DNA of 64,000 nucleotides from positions 95,976,001-96,040,000 of the forward strand of contig NC_042997.1 of assembly GCF_006345805.1 (NCBI RefSeq), in the 5' to 3' direction. The notes under the pieces are model-generated. The model was not told where the DNA came from. It saw only the letters and a list, made by a program, of their open reading frames with translations, and made no database searches. Source of the DNA: Octopus sinensis. Its lineage: Eukaryota. Within the stretch, counting starts at the first letter, position 1; every line of letters starts with the position of its first letter. The translations under genes were made by a program, and so were the position numbers. This document shows positions 1 through 15,098 of this stretch, in pieces.

Positions 1-769
1 GTGATAGATCGGGATTAGGAGCTGACTATTAGAGACTCCCGAGTTCCCTTCCGTAAGGTTAGTCTAGGTTTTAGTTGAAGGCTTAGTTGTGTTCCGAACC
101 TAACCTCCTCCGTTTCAGTAGATCGGGAGCCCAATTAGCCTTCCAGCAAAAAGACATACCAATCATTTATACCTTAGTTAACCTTGATGTCTTACGTGGT
201 TCTATGTGTCATGAATTTATAACTGTTGACCTTACTGCGTTACTTGCTTCAATGCATCATACTCATAAAATCACTTTGAATGCTGTTTTTGTGCTCTAAT
301 TTCTCTGCCTTTTCGCCGGAATCAGCACTCTCCGCACCATTGCTATTCACTCATAGGACGAGGGGTGTTAGGTGAGGGGGTTGGTGTCAAAAGGGCTGGT
401 ATGTGCAACTTGATCACCTCTGCCAGTCAAACTCTCAACCCATGCGTTCCCGTTGCGACTCAGCTGGCGCAGAACTGGGTTGGGTATGAAACCAAAACTC
501 AACAAAAACGAGATTTATGCGTATTTTCAAAATCATGCTATTTTGCGGCCAAATTCGAGTTTTTCGCTTCCTTCTGCCTCCTTTTTTGCCCGAATAATGG
601 CATGTGCACAGTCCCGCTAATTTTCCATGATTATGCCGTTCCAGGTGTGAAAACCGAAGTCTAATGAATATTAATTACTCTCATAAAAATCTCCAACTGG
701 CTCATAAACACAAAACTGAAATGGGATAAGAAACTTAGCATTTGATGTAGTGAGAATTTTTTTACTGCG

Positions 770-830
770 ACCCGGCAACGAACAACAAGCACTAGCACTA
801 GACTCGGCAACGCCGGGTCATAGTGCTAGT
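770..830 (+). mobile_element. Probable Helitron 3' terminus (GC hairpin followed by CTAG|T)
   Basis: CTCGGCAACGCCGGG hairpin, then TCATAGTG-CTAGT ending at 830. The same layout occurs at 52239-52265 next to Helitron helicase sequence. No 5' end or ORF was identified. Confidence 0.45.
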
Positions 831-1181
831 CATATATTGCTTTTTTGACGTACAAATTGCGACTGAAACACCTCGTTCGTAAAAAGAAATCTAAGTACAG
901 TATAGAACAATATTACTTGGTGAATTGTTAAAATTTCCTTCCTATAAATACATACCGAGTGAAACAGTAAGCACACCTGATAATTTTATAGTTATAATGA
1001 TATACACATATTAATGCTTTCTCAGTGAACGTACACACAAAAATAAACAAGTGGGAGTGAGATAAACAAAACACAAAGAATAAGCAAGCGGGAGCAAGAT
1101 AAAGAAAACAGAAAACAAAATGACCTTTTGAACTTTTAAACATAAGAAAACAAATTAAATATTTAACAATGTCTCAATAAT

Positions 1182-1369
1182 ATATATATAACATATATGT
1201 GTTTGTGTGTGTGAGAGAGAGAGTGTGTATGTGTGTATGTATATATATATATATAATAGAGAGAGAGAGATAGATAGATAGATATATATATGTATATATA
1301 TATATATGTATATATGTATATATATATGTATATATATATGTATATATATATGTATAATATGTATATATG

Positions 1370-1400
<31 letters not shown>

Positions 1401-1411
1401 TATATATATAT

Positions 1412-1443
<32 letters not shown>
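1182..1443. repeat. Compound (TA)n/(TG)n/(GA)n microsatellite
   Basis: Read directly from the sequence. Confidence 0.95.
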
Positions 1444-1890
1444 AATTGCGCTGAGAGGTAAGCACAGTAACAAAACAACAAATAATGAAGAATTTCAAAG
1501 AGTGATTAACGGAAAGTACAGGTCAGGATTGGTAAAAATATTTACACCTCCGAACGAAGTGGCCAAATATATATTCTGACCTCTCACTCCAATTTTTTTT
1601 ATTCGCTCTTCGTTTTTTCCCCTCTAATACTTTCTAGAGAACACCGAAGGTTCGAAGCATCAAAGAATTTTAAATTATTTACGAGTATTTTGATTTCTGT
1701 AAATTTCAATTCTTCCCGAGTGTTTTGCTTTCTGTAAATTTAAATATATATTATATATATATATAATAATAAGGGTAAATAATTTCTATAAAGGTTTTTA
1801 AAAAAACCACAATTATTTACTGGTAGAATTCGGTATGTAAATATAGCCGATTACCGGCAGGAACTTCTGTAAAGTTCAGTATATGTATTG

Positions 1891-4990
<3,100 letters not shown>

Positions 4991-4991
4991 T

Positions 4992-7380
4992 ACTCCTTAA
5001 TCAGAGTTTGACCATCTTCTGTACCTACATCTTAGAACCATCATGGCACCATATGTGGATTTTAAAGCCAGACAATGTTCTGAAAAGACACCCACACAGA
5101 TTGGACATCCGATTTGGACAATCAAGAATTGCAGATAAGTTCTCATCTTTGTGGATCTTAAAATGTCTATTGAGGTCTCCGTTAGATTTGCAAACCTTCT
5201 GGCATGCACTGCATTTAAAGGTATGCACAGATATATAGGCACAATAGTTGGTGGAGTTTCGTTTTCCATTGGTTCGCCAATGAGAATTAAAACCCAGCAA
5301 AAGAAAGGCATAGTTTATCACTAATTGTGCACACAAAGGAAGGTCACTGGATTTCACATTCTCGATCATAACATTATTCCTTAAATCTCTTTTGAGTTTT
5401 GCATGCGTTACCCTGGCCTCTTCAAACGCTTTCACACCACTCCACACTTTTGTTCGGCATCCAGCTCGATCCAAAACAAGAGTTTTATCTCCTTTGCATC
5501 CATTCCAAGTGACTTCATATTAGTCGTTACACCGTCCTTAAACCTTATTTTAGGTTTATGCCGACAGTGTTTCCCCTCTGAAGGCTCACCATGAAACAGC
5601 TGTTTGGACATGCCTTCATTCGCGATTCGAAGAATACGTCCACACCATCTCATTTGGTTTCCCCAAATCATAGCTTTAATTGAGGTGATGCCTGCTGATT
5701 CAAGGACATGTGTTTGGAGTAGAAGAACTTCATTTAATGTATAAAATGCGATGAAGGCATTTTTGGTGGAATTGTTCTAACAATTTAAAATGCCTTTCAT
5801 AACAAGTCCATGTTTCACAAGAATACAGCATGGATGGTAAGACAAATGATTTGTAAAAGCCAGCTTTGTATTCTTATTTATATGTTGCTGGCGCCAAACC
5901 CATGACTCCAAGCCACCAAATCCTTTTGATGCCCTTTGAATTCGCAGATGTATTTCTGTATCAAGATTTCTATTATTTTGTACAGAGCTTCCAAGGTAGA
6001 CGAACGAATCGACAACCTCAAGTAATTTTTCCTTAACATAAATTTTATGGAGGTTACAAACAGCACAACACGCAGGTTGATGCATTACAACTGTGATTTT
6101 CAAGTCGATGATAAAGCCAAAATCATCACAAGCTGAGTCAAATGCAGATACAGGAGATTGCAATAACCTCCTTCAGATTGACTGACAAGATCGCAATCGT
6201 CAACGTATAAAAGTTCCCTAATGAGTGAGGTAAAAATATTCGTATTGAATTTCAATCTGCTCAGATTAAAAACATTCCTTGTTGTTCAATATTGTATGTA
6301 AATACCTTCCTCAGAGTTTTGAAAAGCGTGTGAAACACAACAGCAAAGTATATTGCAAAGAGGGTGGGTGCATCAAGCTCTCCTTGCTTTACGCCATTTT
6401 CCACGGCAAAAGATTCAGAGAGCCTACCAACAAAGTTAACTCATATCTTGATGCAAAGCCATGATCAGGTTTACAAATTTTTCTGCGCAACATATTTTCT
6501 ACTGAATTCACCACAGAGCATTTCAATTAACAGTATCGAATGCTCTGCTGAAATCAACAAAGCAATGGTATAGAGCAAGATTCTGTTCACTGCACTTTTC
6601 TTGCAATTATCTCATAGTAAAGATACAGTCAGCTGTGCTCCTGGAGGAACGAAAACCACACTGAGACTCAGACACTATACTTGGAACTATGAAGGTATTT
6701 AAACGTTTTAACAGAATGCGGGCAAGTACAGTTCCAGACACAGAGGAAAGCGAAATCCCACGAAAATTACCACACAGATCCTTTGACCCCGACTTATACA
6801 AGGATACTAAAACGGCATCAATCCAGGCGTGAAGCACTTTCTCAGTTCTCTAGCAGTGACAAATTAATTTATTTAAGAGATCAAATATTTTGTCACCACC
6901 ATATTTTAAGACTTCTGCACACATTCCATCAGACCCTGGAAACTTATTGTTATTCAGTTTGTTCCCAGCAAAATAAATGCCATTTAGAGTTGGTTCAAAT
7001 GCCATTTCTTCTATAACTGGAAGGTGTTCGATTTTTTCTATCGTCCTCATGTTAGCGGATGATCGTCTATTCAAAAGTGAAGAAAAATGTTCTAACCAGC
7101 ACTTATGAATAGATGCGGTGTCAGTCAGAAGCAAACGTCCATTTGCTGTTCTCACTGGAGCTATTGAATAATATTTTGGGTCATATACCTCATTAACACA
7201 AGAGCACAAACCCTTGGCATCATTTCCATCAGCTGCTTCTTGTGCGCGTTTTGCTCTATCATTCCACCATTCCTTTCTGCACTTTACCTTTCAGCTTCCT
7301 GTAAGCCTCGTTTGAGTTAGGGTTCAAGGACTGAGAAAGAAGCGTATTGCCTAAGTTTTGTTTTTCTAAAAGGAGATCAT
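4992..7380 (-). mobile_element. 5'-truncated, frameshifted RTE-clade LINE (RT plus two C-terminal C2H2 fingers)
   Basis: ORF pieces FPGSDGMCAEVLKYGG; WIDAVLVSLYKSGSKDLCGNFRGISLSSVSG..ESQCGFRSSRSTADCIFTMR; LEVVDSFVYLGS; QMRWCGRILRIA..KQLFHGE; CSACQKVCKSNGDLNRHFKIH and NLCGCLFRTLSGFKIHIWCH. Confidence 0.9.
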
Positions 7381-7384
7381 GATA

Positions 7385-8099
7385 AAATCATCGATCGTGT
7401 TTACTACATTCAACTGGTTATAAATTAAATAGCCAATGCTATAAGCCTATCCATTGAGAGAGTTAAGAATATTCTGCACAATCAACTCGACATGAAGAAG
7501 GTTTATGCTACGTGGATGCCACGTCTTCTGTGACATCTGATCGAAAGCGCACCAGGCTAATCACAACGCAGGAACATCTGACACTGTTTGAGGTAAATCC
7601 TGCTGGTTTCCTCGAACAGTTCTTAACCCAACCTTAGTGTTGGGTTGATCACTTTGAGACAAAGCCATAATCCTTGCATTGGAAACACCCACTCTCCCAT
7701 CACCTGCTCCAAAGAAAGCCAAGGTTTTATCTACAGGGAGGGTGACGGCCTTGGTATTTTGGGATGAAAGACTATCTTCAAAAGGGCCACACAATCAATG
7801 GAATGTGCTATGCCAACTTGCTAAGGCAGTTACAAAAGGTTATCAAGAAAAAATGCCCAAGTAATCTAACGAAAGTCGTCTAGTTTCATAAGAGCAATGC
7901 TCCAGTACAGAAGTCCTTGCTCTCAATGTCTGTTGTCCGCCACTTTGCACTTGAACTAGAAGACCAGCCTCCCTATTCCCCTGATTTTGCCCCATTATCA
8001 GCTCCCCGTCATTGTCCCCTTGCGTGGGACAATGTTGAAAAATGAACCTCATTTTGTTACCTTCCATACTCAGCCTACGAACATTTTAGTCAACCCTCC
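7385..8099 (+). mobile_element. Mariner transposase relic, same family as 28120-29303
   Basis: Translates as ..IANAISLSIERVKNILHNQLDMKKVYATWMPRLL (WVPxxL motif), PAPKKAKV and GHTINGMCYANLLRQL. A TIR-like end TCAGCCTACGAACATTTTAGTCAACCCTC lies at about 8070-8098. Confidence 0.75.
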
Positions 8100-9384
8100 T
8101 AATAGAAGCAATACTTTACTCACCCATTTATATAAACTTCAAACTCCTAACAGCTATGTTAAATGAAATAAACGTTCTAATGTAGAAAATGAGAATAGAA
8201 TAAAATTGGAAATAGACCAAAATTAACTAAACCAATAAAGGTCTGAATTCTCTGCCATTTACTCAGGCACATTTAACTGTAGAATAGCCATTTACTGTCC
8301 TTTCCAAGATATGCTCCTATTAAGCAATGCAATATTTAAATGTAATAACGTAACGTTGAATGACAATAGATATTATACACGTTCCACAAGAAATACATTT
8401 CAGCGCTGATATATTTGCGCATCTAAATACTTTTAATAGTAGAACATTATGTAATGCAACTTCTCGACAATACATATTGCTGGTTTTAGACAGCAACGTG
8501 TAGTAAGAGGAAATAAAAAACATTGTAAATTTGAAGATTAAAGGGACGAGCTTCGAGATGAAAGAATTATTATTTAATCGAAGGAATTCATTATTTCATC
8601 TAAACATAAATCCGTGAAATCTTTTCCTCTTGATCATAATTGCACCAAAGAGAAATATTTTATGCACGAAACGAAATAACGTACAATGTTTGCCAATCAC
8701 TTTGGCATACTCGCATACACTGCAAAGACAGTAATTTGACACACGTATGCATGTAAAAATAGGCTGGAAGTATGTGTCATTGATGATTATATTGTGTGTG
8801 TGTTCGTATGGTGCTATCTCTTTTCGTCCGGCGTCACTTCGTCCAACGTCACTTCGTCGACGTCTTTTCATCCGACGTCTTTTTGTCCAATTTTAAATAA
8901 ACTCTCTAGAAAAAAAGGTGAAATATCTCTAATGATATATACACAGAACTATAACGAGCCTTATTGTAGGCTTAATATTATCGTTCCTTTTCCTTGTTTG
9001 TTAACAGTTTTACTCCCTCTTTTTCTTTCAGTCTCTTAAGTACGGTGCTGAGTATAGGGAGTGCTGCAAATTTAGTGTTCACATTTTTAATTTACCCATC
9101 CCGAAATGACAAAGTTCATAGTATCGACCAAAAACAAAAGAAAAATAGTTGAAAGTAATTACAACTACGAATTTAAGGAATAATGTGGCTTCATAACGTT
9201 GATCACCATGTGAAGTGAAACATACGGAAGATGGTGTAACTAAATGTCTTACCACAATTTTCTTATGATTTTCTTTTGTTTTATCTCACATACACACAGA
9301 CACACATTCACTTCCTCAAACACACATATATAAATTGTATATTAATATAAATTCTCTTATAAATATATAAACATATAAGTAACA

Positions 9385-9466
9385 ATATATATATATATAT
9401 ATAGTTATGTATGTATGTATGTATGTATGTATGTATGTATGTATGTATGTATGTATGCATGTATAT
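9385..9466. repeat. (TA)n and (TATG)n microsatellite
   Basis: Read directly from the sequence. Confidence 0.9.
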
Positions 9467-10327
9467 GTTTGTTTTTATATATTACATCACAAGCAAGCAT
9501 GCTGATGTGCTTTCCAGTGTCATTTTCTTCATAAAAATTATATGTTGCAGTTATATTATTAGTAGTGCAGAATGTTAGTATTCATATAATGTATTAACAG
9601 AATATATTCTGTATAATACATAAGTGTATTCAAGTTAAAATACCTATATGGCTGCTATACTGGTATGCCTTTGTTTACTCTCCATATGCATATATACACA
9701 TATATATGTGTGAGTTTATCTGCCTGCTTCTATGTATATACTTCTATATACGAAAGTATGCATATATGTATGTATATGAATGGATGCGGATGGGGAATAT
9801 ATATATGTGTTCGTATGTGTGTGTTTGTGTGCGTCTTTTTGCGCGTGTGTACTTGAGTGTTTGCATGTCTTTTCTGTATCTGTGTGTATTTGCGCGCGCG
9901 CGTGTGTGTGCGTGTGTGAATGGATTATGCATCGTGAGTGAACATGTATCTATCGAAGTTTACTAGCATGTAATATATTCATAAAATTACTTTCCGAGAT
10001 ATGTCAAATAACAAAATTTGAAATATATTTTGAAGACTAATAGAAGAATCAGGAAAATGCAAAATAAACATGTATCGACACGAAAAAATAAAAGCTTATA
10101 AGAAAATGTTTATTAGAAATAGATAATGAAGCGAAAATACTGAAATACGTTTATTTACATAGATACTTGTGATTTATAAATATACGTAAACCAATACATA
10201 GAAAATAAAAAGAAGCAGAAAAGCAGTGTAGCATTAAATACTTGTTTAAGCTTATGAAAGGTGTAAGCTTCCAACGAAAATATTCGAAGAGTATGACTCT
10301 GCACAAGTCTAACAATTTAGAAATTAC

Positions 10328-10618
10328 TTTTTTATTTATGCGCCCTTTTTCAAGCCTAGCCAGGCTCATGGGCCCGGTTTCCCGATTTCTGTGGTGTATG
10401 TGATCCCCCAGCTGGACAGGAGGCCACTCCATCGCAGCGTTACTCAAGAAACAGGAAGAAAGAGTGAGAGAAAGTTGAGGCACCACCACCCCTGCCGGAG
10501 CCTCGTGGAGCTTTAGGTGTTTTCGGTCAATAAACACACACAACGTCCGGTCTGGGAAACGAAACCGCGATCTTCCAACCGCGAATCCGCTGCCCTAACC
10601 ACTGGGCCATTGCTCCTC
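10328..10618 (-). mobile_element. tRNA-derived SINE (family A head, alternative 3' body)
   Basis: The minus strand begins GAGGAGCAATGGCCCAGTGGTTAGGGCAGCGG (A box) and has GGTTTCGTTTCCC (B-box-like). The head is shared with 59101-59365 and 59623-59915. It ends in an A-rich tail. Confidence 0.85.
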
Positions 10619-12520
10619 AATATAAACAATTATATAATACACAATAAATGCACAATATAAATAATTACAACATTAAACTGCACGGGCCGAAGTCGACGGT
10701 CGAAGTAATCTTTATAGTTGCAAACTATAGAATTTGACGCATAAATTGAACTCGATTCTTTGTGATGGCATCACAAACTGATGCATTGCACTTTTACTCA
10801 CATGCCAATCACCCATCAAATTCCCATCAATCATGTTGTAAAAATAAATCATCAAGGGGAGATATGCTATATTCTCCAAAGAAACTATCCCTAACAATGG
10901 TGCTGTGAATTACAGTAGGACTTTGAAATCTAGCTTAATCAATAAATTTCTATTCTCTACTATACCACATAGAAACTCCTCTAAAACGTTGAGAAAGAAA
11001 TTGTTTGTTATATTTTGTTATAAGTTATAATCTTTAGTATAAAACTGATAATGCAATTTTGTTTCCTCTGAAGCAGGAAAACCTTTCAGGAAATGCCATC
11101 AATTTCATATGTTTAAAAACCAGCATCCAAATTGAAATACAACAAAACAACTGAAGCCAAGAATTCAAAATGTAAAATCACTGTAACGAAGGGAATCGAA
11201 ATGTCGAGACAAAAGTTTTTACATTTGAATGGATAAGTATCCAGAAATAGATAATATTATATGACATGGTCTATGCCAGCAACACATTAACAATCTATAC
11301 AAGACTTATAGAACAATCGTCGTACTGTCATATACACAACAACGACAACCAGTACTGTCGCCACCACCTTGAAAACTGAACGTCGCGTGTAGTCTATATT
11401 TGAGTAACAAAGGTTGAATTACATACTCGCGGTTATTTGACTGGTAAATACAGCTGCTGCTGATTATAGTTGCATGCAGAGTAAGAGAGAGAGGGAGAGA
11501 GAGAGAGACATACGGGAAGAGCGCTGCTTCTACGTTTATATTTTATCTTGAGAGGCATTCTCCTATCAGTAAAAGGAATTAAGGTTCCATATTTCCATAA
11601 AATCTTTTATTAGTTATTCATGTTGTTGCAGATAGCACCATTTCGCTTTTATTCTTGGCTCGTTAGCACAGATTAACTTGAGAACTTGAAACTAGTTTAT
11701 CTATAGTCATTTAAAAGATTTCAGAATTGAATATCAACACTTTCCCTTTTTTCCCTCCTTTTAAGAGAGGGGAAAGGAGCAGAGAGATAGAGGAAGAGAA
11801 AGGATAGCCTCATATTCCTTTAAACTTAAAATTAAAATTAAACATAAATTTGATCGCTGCTTCTATTTCCCTTATCGTTAATACTGGAGAGAAAATGAAG
11901 GTGTAGAGAGATGTAGTGATAGGTATTGAGAAAGTCTGTTTCATGTTTTAGTTTTCGCCTTAGGAGTATGCTGTTTTATACCTCATTTACCTTTCTCCAA
12001 TACAGATCTTCCTTGTGTTAGGCCCTTCATGTAGATAAGCTTTACGTTTGCTTTGCAACACAAAAGAAGTTTTAAAAAAAGGAAAAATGAAAATGGGAGA
12101 CGAAAGAGCGGCGGCAGCAGATCAGTGCCCAACTGCTGCCGCTCGCCGCGACGGCTGGGCAAAATAGACGGGTGCGAAGGTGACATCTCTGTCGTATTTC
12201 TTTGTTACTTATACGATCAAGATATATTAGGATCAGTTAGCGATCATAAGCGCTTGTAAGTGAAGTCTGCATGTGCGTCTATATATGTGTGTGGTGGTGG
12301 GGATGAGGGAGTTGTGTGAGTGCATATGTGTGCCTGTGTGTATTTGTGTCCATGTGTATGTGTGTGTGTACATATAGTTATATGTACACAAACACATATA
12401 TGTATATACGGTGGGATTCTTTTAATTTTCATCTACCAAATCCACCCAGAAGGGTTTCATTGACCCGAGTATATACATATACGTAAAGAGAGAGAGAGAG
12501 ATACATAGGTTGACAGATAT

Positions 12521-12550
12521 AATGATAGATAGGTAGATAGACAGACAGAC

Positions 12551-12635
<85 letters not shown>

Positions 12636-12636
12636 T
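12521..12636. repeat. (GATA)n/(GACA)n microsatellite
   Basis: Read directly from the sequence. Confidence 0.95.
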
Positions 12637-13317
12637 ATAAACACTTACATACATACACATATACATACATACGTACATGCATACATACATTTATTATGTT
12701 GGTATTACAATATCATAAACATGTCTGATATAACCTTACGCCAGAAGTGTATAGAATTTTATATATGCATGTCATGATATATAAATGCAGATTCCGTTAT
12801 CCAATCTTGGACGTGTGTAGTCGATGGAACTTTCATTTCAGTAAGTTTTAGATTAATAAGATAACTTTAGGCGATGTAATCAGAATAAATTTGGAGTTGT
12901 CGTATCTCTTCATGCATGTATTTTTCCGCCATTGAGTTTGAAAATCTTCACTCATCATAAAAACCTTCAGAATATGTTCGTCGGCATTAGCAATGTATAG
13001 ACATTAGCAATGCACACACACACATGAAAATTAGAAAATGCATGACAAAATTACTTACGAAGAGAAACTATATGTAAAACTTCTTATATTTTAAGGCATT
13101 CAATTTTAGCATAAATTTCATTTACTGTGTGAATTAGGAAACCAACTATCAGCCGTCATTTCCATTCCTCTCTCATTCCCCCACTCTCTTTCTGTCTCTC
13201 TCTCTCTATTTCACTCACAGGTATACACACATATACATACGTACATACATACATACACACACGCATGCACACGCATGCACACGCATGCACACGCATATAT
13301 GTATATATGTTGATTCG

Positions 13318-13520
13318 TTAGTTACTGCACGCATTTTTTTCTCTCCTTCTTTCTGTGTTTTTTTTTTTCTCTCTGTGTATCTTTCTGTTAAAGAGCGTAG
13401 GCTCGAAACGTTAAAGACTTGTTTTATTTATATTTCCTGAGCGCCATACTAATACAATTGTTTGTTTGTTTTCCACCTGCCTTCGTCTTTTGTCTATTTT
13501 CATAAAGCTTCCCGTTATAT
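13318..13520 (+). mobile_element. PLE terminal-repeat (pLTR-like) fragment with hammerhead-like motif
   Basis: Homologous to 55505-55685, which lies downstream of a Penelope RT fragment, and to 49945-50125 and 58240-58400. Contains TCTTT-CTGTTAA-A-GAGCGTAGGCTC-GAAA-CG-TT-AAAGA and ends in (TA)n. Confidence 0.7.
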
Positions 13521-14009
13521 ATATATATACCCGAGTGAACGCACATATGCGAAACAAGGTGGAAAAATAGTACTCAAATAATGGAGGTAGAGTAATATGT
13601 TTTATTAATAAAGCTGCAAAGACTTCACAAAAACTGTTCGACGGACAACGACGTGAAACACGGAGTAACAGCTTTTGTGATGTATTTGCAACTTTATTAA
13701 TAACGTATATAGGTGTGTGCATGTGTGTATTTGTACATTTGTGTATGTATATGTTCTTTGCATTATCTATGAGGCAGGACGTGGCCGTTCGTCCTTGAGT
13801 TGCAAGAAGCTGTTTCGCGTAAGGAGTGAATTACGCAAGCATGAGTGCATAATAGTTACATATACTCCAAACGCAAAGTTGTCTTGTAAGAGATGTGGAC
13901 TCAATGGGTAAGCATCGGTAACAGCATATGACAAGATTTTTATTTCTTCTACCTGTAACCTATAATTTAGGATATCTTTGACACTCAAGAGTAAAAGGGT
14001 AAAGAGTAA

Positions 14010-14324
14010 AGACCATTCGGTCATAAATGACCATGGAATTGCTCCTACAAAGTTCCGGACCAGGTTGTGTTTGGAAGACCAGCAGTCGCCTATACATACC
14101 AGCCTCCAGTCTTACGCCAATGATGTTATCCTAAGCGAAAGGCAAACGCCGATACAGCTTGGCACCAGTGACGTCGCCACCCATTTCTATATGTGAGCGA
14201 ACCGGAGAACCGTGAAATAATGCATTTTGTTCAAGAACAAAACCTACAACCCTGTCCGGGAATCGATCTCACTCCTTCATTATTGTGAGACCGAGGTTCT
14301 AACCTCTTGGGCATGCTCTTTCAC
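14010..14324 (-). mobile_element. tRNA-derived SINE (family B), diverged copy
   Basis: The reverse complement aligns along its length with 15099-15380 (GTGAAAG head, TAGAAATG.GT.GCGACGTCAC.GGTGCCAAGCTGTATCGG, GGCGACT.CTGGTCTTCCA). Confidence 0.8.
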
Positions 14325-14446
14325 AGTTGAGAGTAGTACGAGTGTAAGGAAGCTGCATTGCGAATGAGTAACAGTCAAATATATTGACCTGTTATTGCTT
14401 GGAACCTGTCTAGGCGACTGTAGAAAGATAAATCGTTACATTGGCT

Positions 14447-14747
14447 CAGGGTTTCTCAAGCATTTTTTGTCTATGGACCCCTTTGATTACCACTTCATTC
14501 CGGTGGACCTCCGTAGCCATTCGATGTTTAAAAACTAGCGTTATAGAAACGTCTTTCAAAATCCCTATTTTGTTTTTCACTTATTTACCTGCGTTGGTTG
14601 AACTATGTGAAACATTAGAGAAAGAAACCTGTTTCTTGCAATACATACCAAAACATAAATCTAAAGCAAAATTTTTTCGGGTGTTATTAAAATACTATTT
14701 TAGATCCCCAGTTTACTATTTTGTTGCGTGGACCCCAAAAACCACTG
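14447..14747. mobile_element. Possible hAT-like MITE
   Basis: Termini CAGGGTTTCTCAA and AAAAACCACTG, with repeated subterminal TGGACC(CC) motifs. No clear 8-bp TSD. Confidence 0.4.
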
Positions 14748-14799
14748 CGTTATCAAATATTTCACTATTTCTAGAGATTTACTCTAGTATTGTTTTTCA

Positions 14800-15010
14800 T
14801 TCTACTATAGGTACAAGGTCTAAACTTTTGTGAGGAAAAGGGTTACTCGGTTACATAGAACGTAGTGATGGTACATATTTTATCAATCGAGAAATGATGA
14901 AAGACAAAGTTGACTTTGGCGATATTTGAACGCAGAGCTTAGAAAGCCGGAAGAAACACTGTTAAATATTTTGTTCTACACGGTAACAATTTCAATTTCA
15001 ACTCACCGTT
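14800..15010 (-). mobile_element. SINE family C, diverged copy
   Basis: Contains GATGAAAGACAAAGTTGACTTTGGCGATATTTGAAC, the reverse complement of the family core GTTCAAATTCCGCCGAGGTCGACTTTGCCTTTCATC. Confidence 0.65.
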
Positions 15011-15098
15011 TTGAAACTCACTCAAATAATTCTTTCTTTCTACAGTAGGGAAAAGACAAGTAAGTATGTGGAAAATTGAATCAAGTATTTAGCTAGTT

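Noticed and set aside
5025-5474. Host C2H2 zinc-finger gene
   Set aside because: It is contiguous with RTE reverse transcriptase sequence and is the LINE C-terminus.
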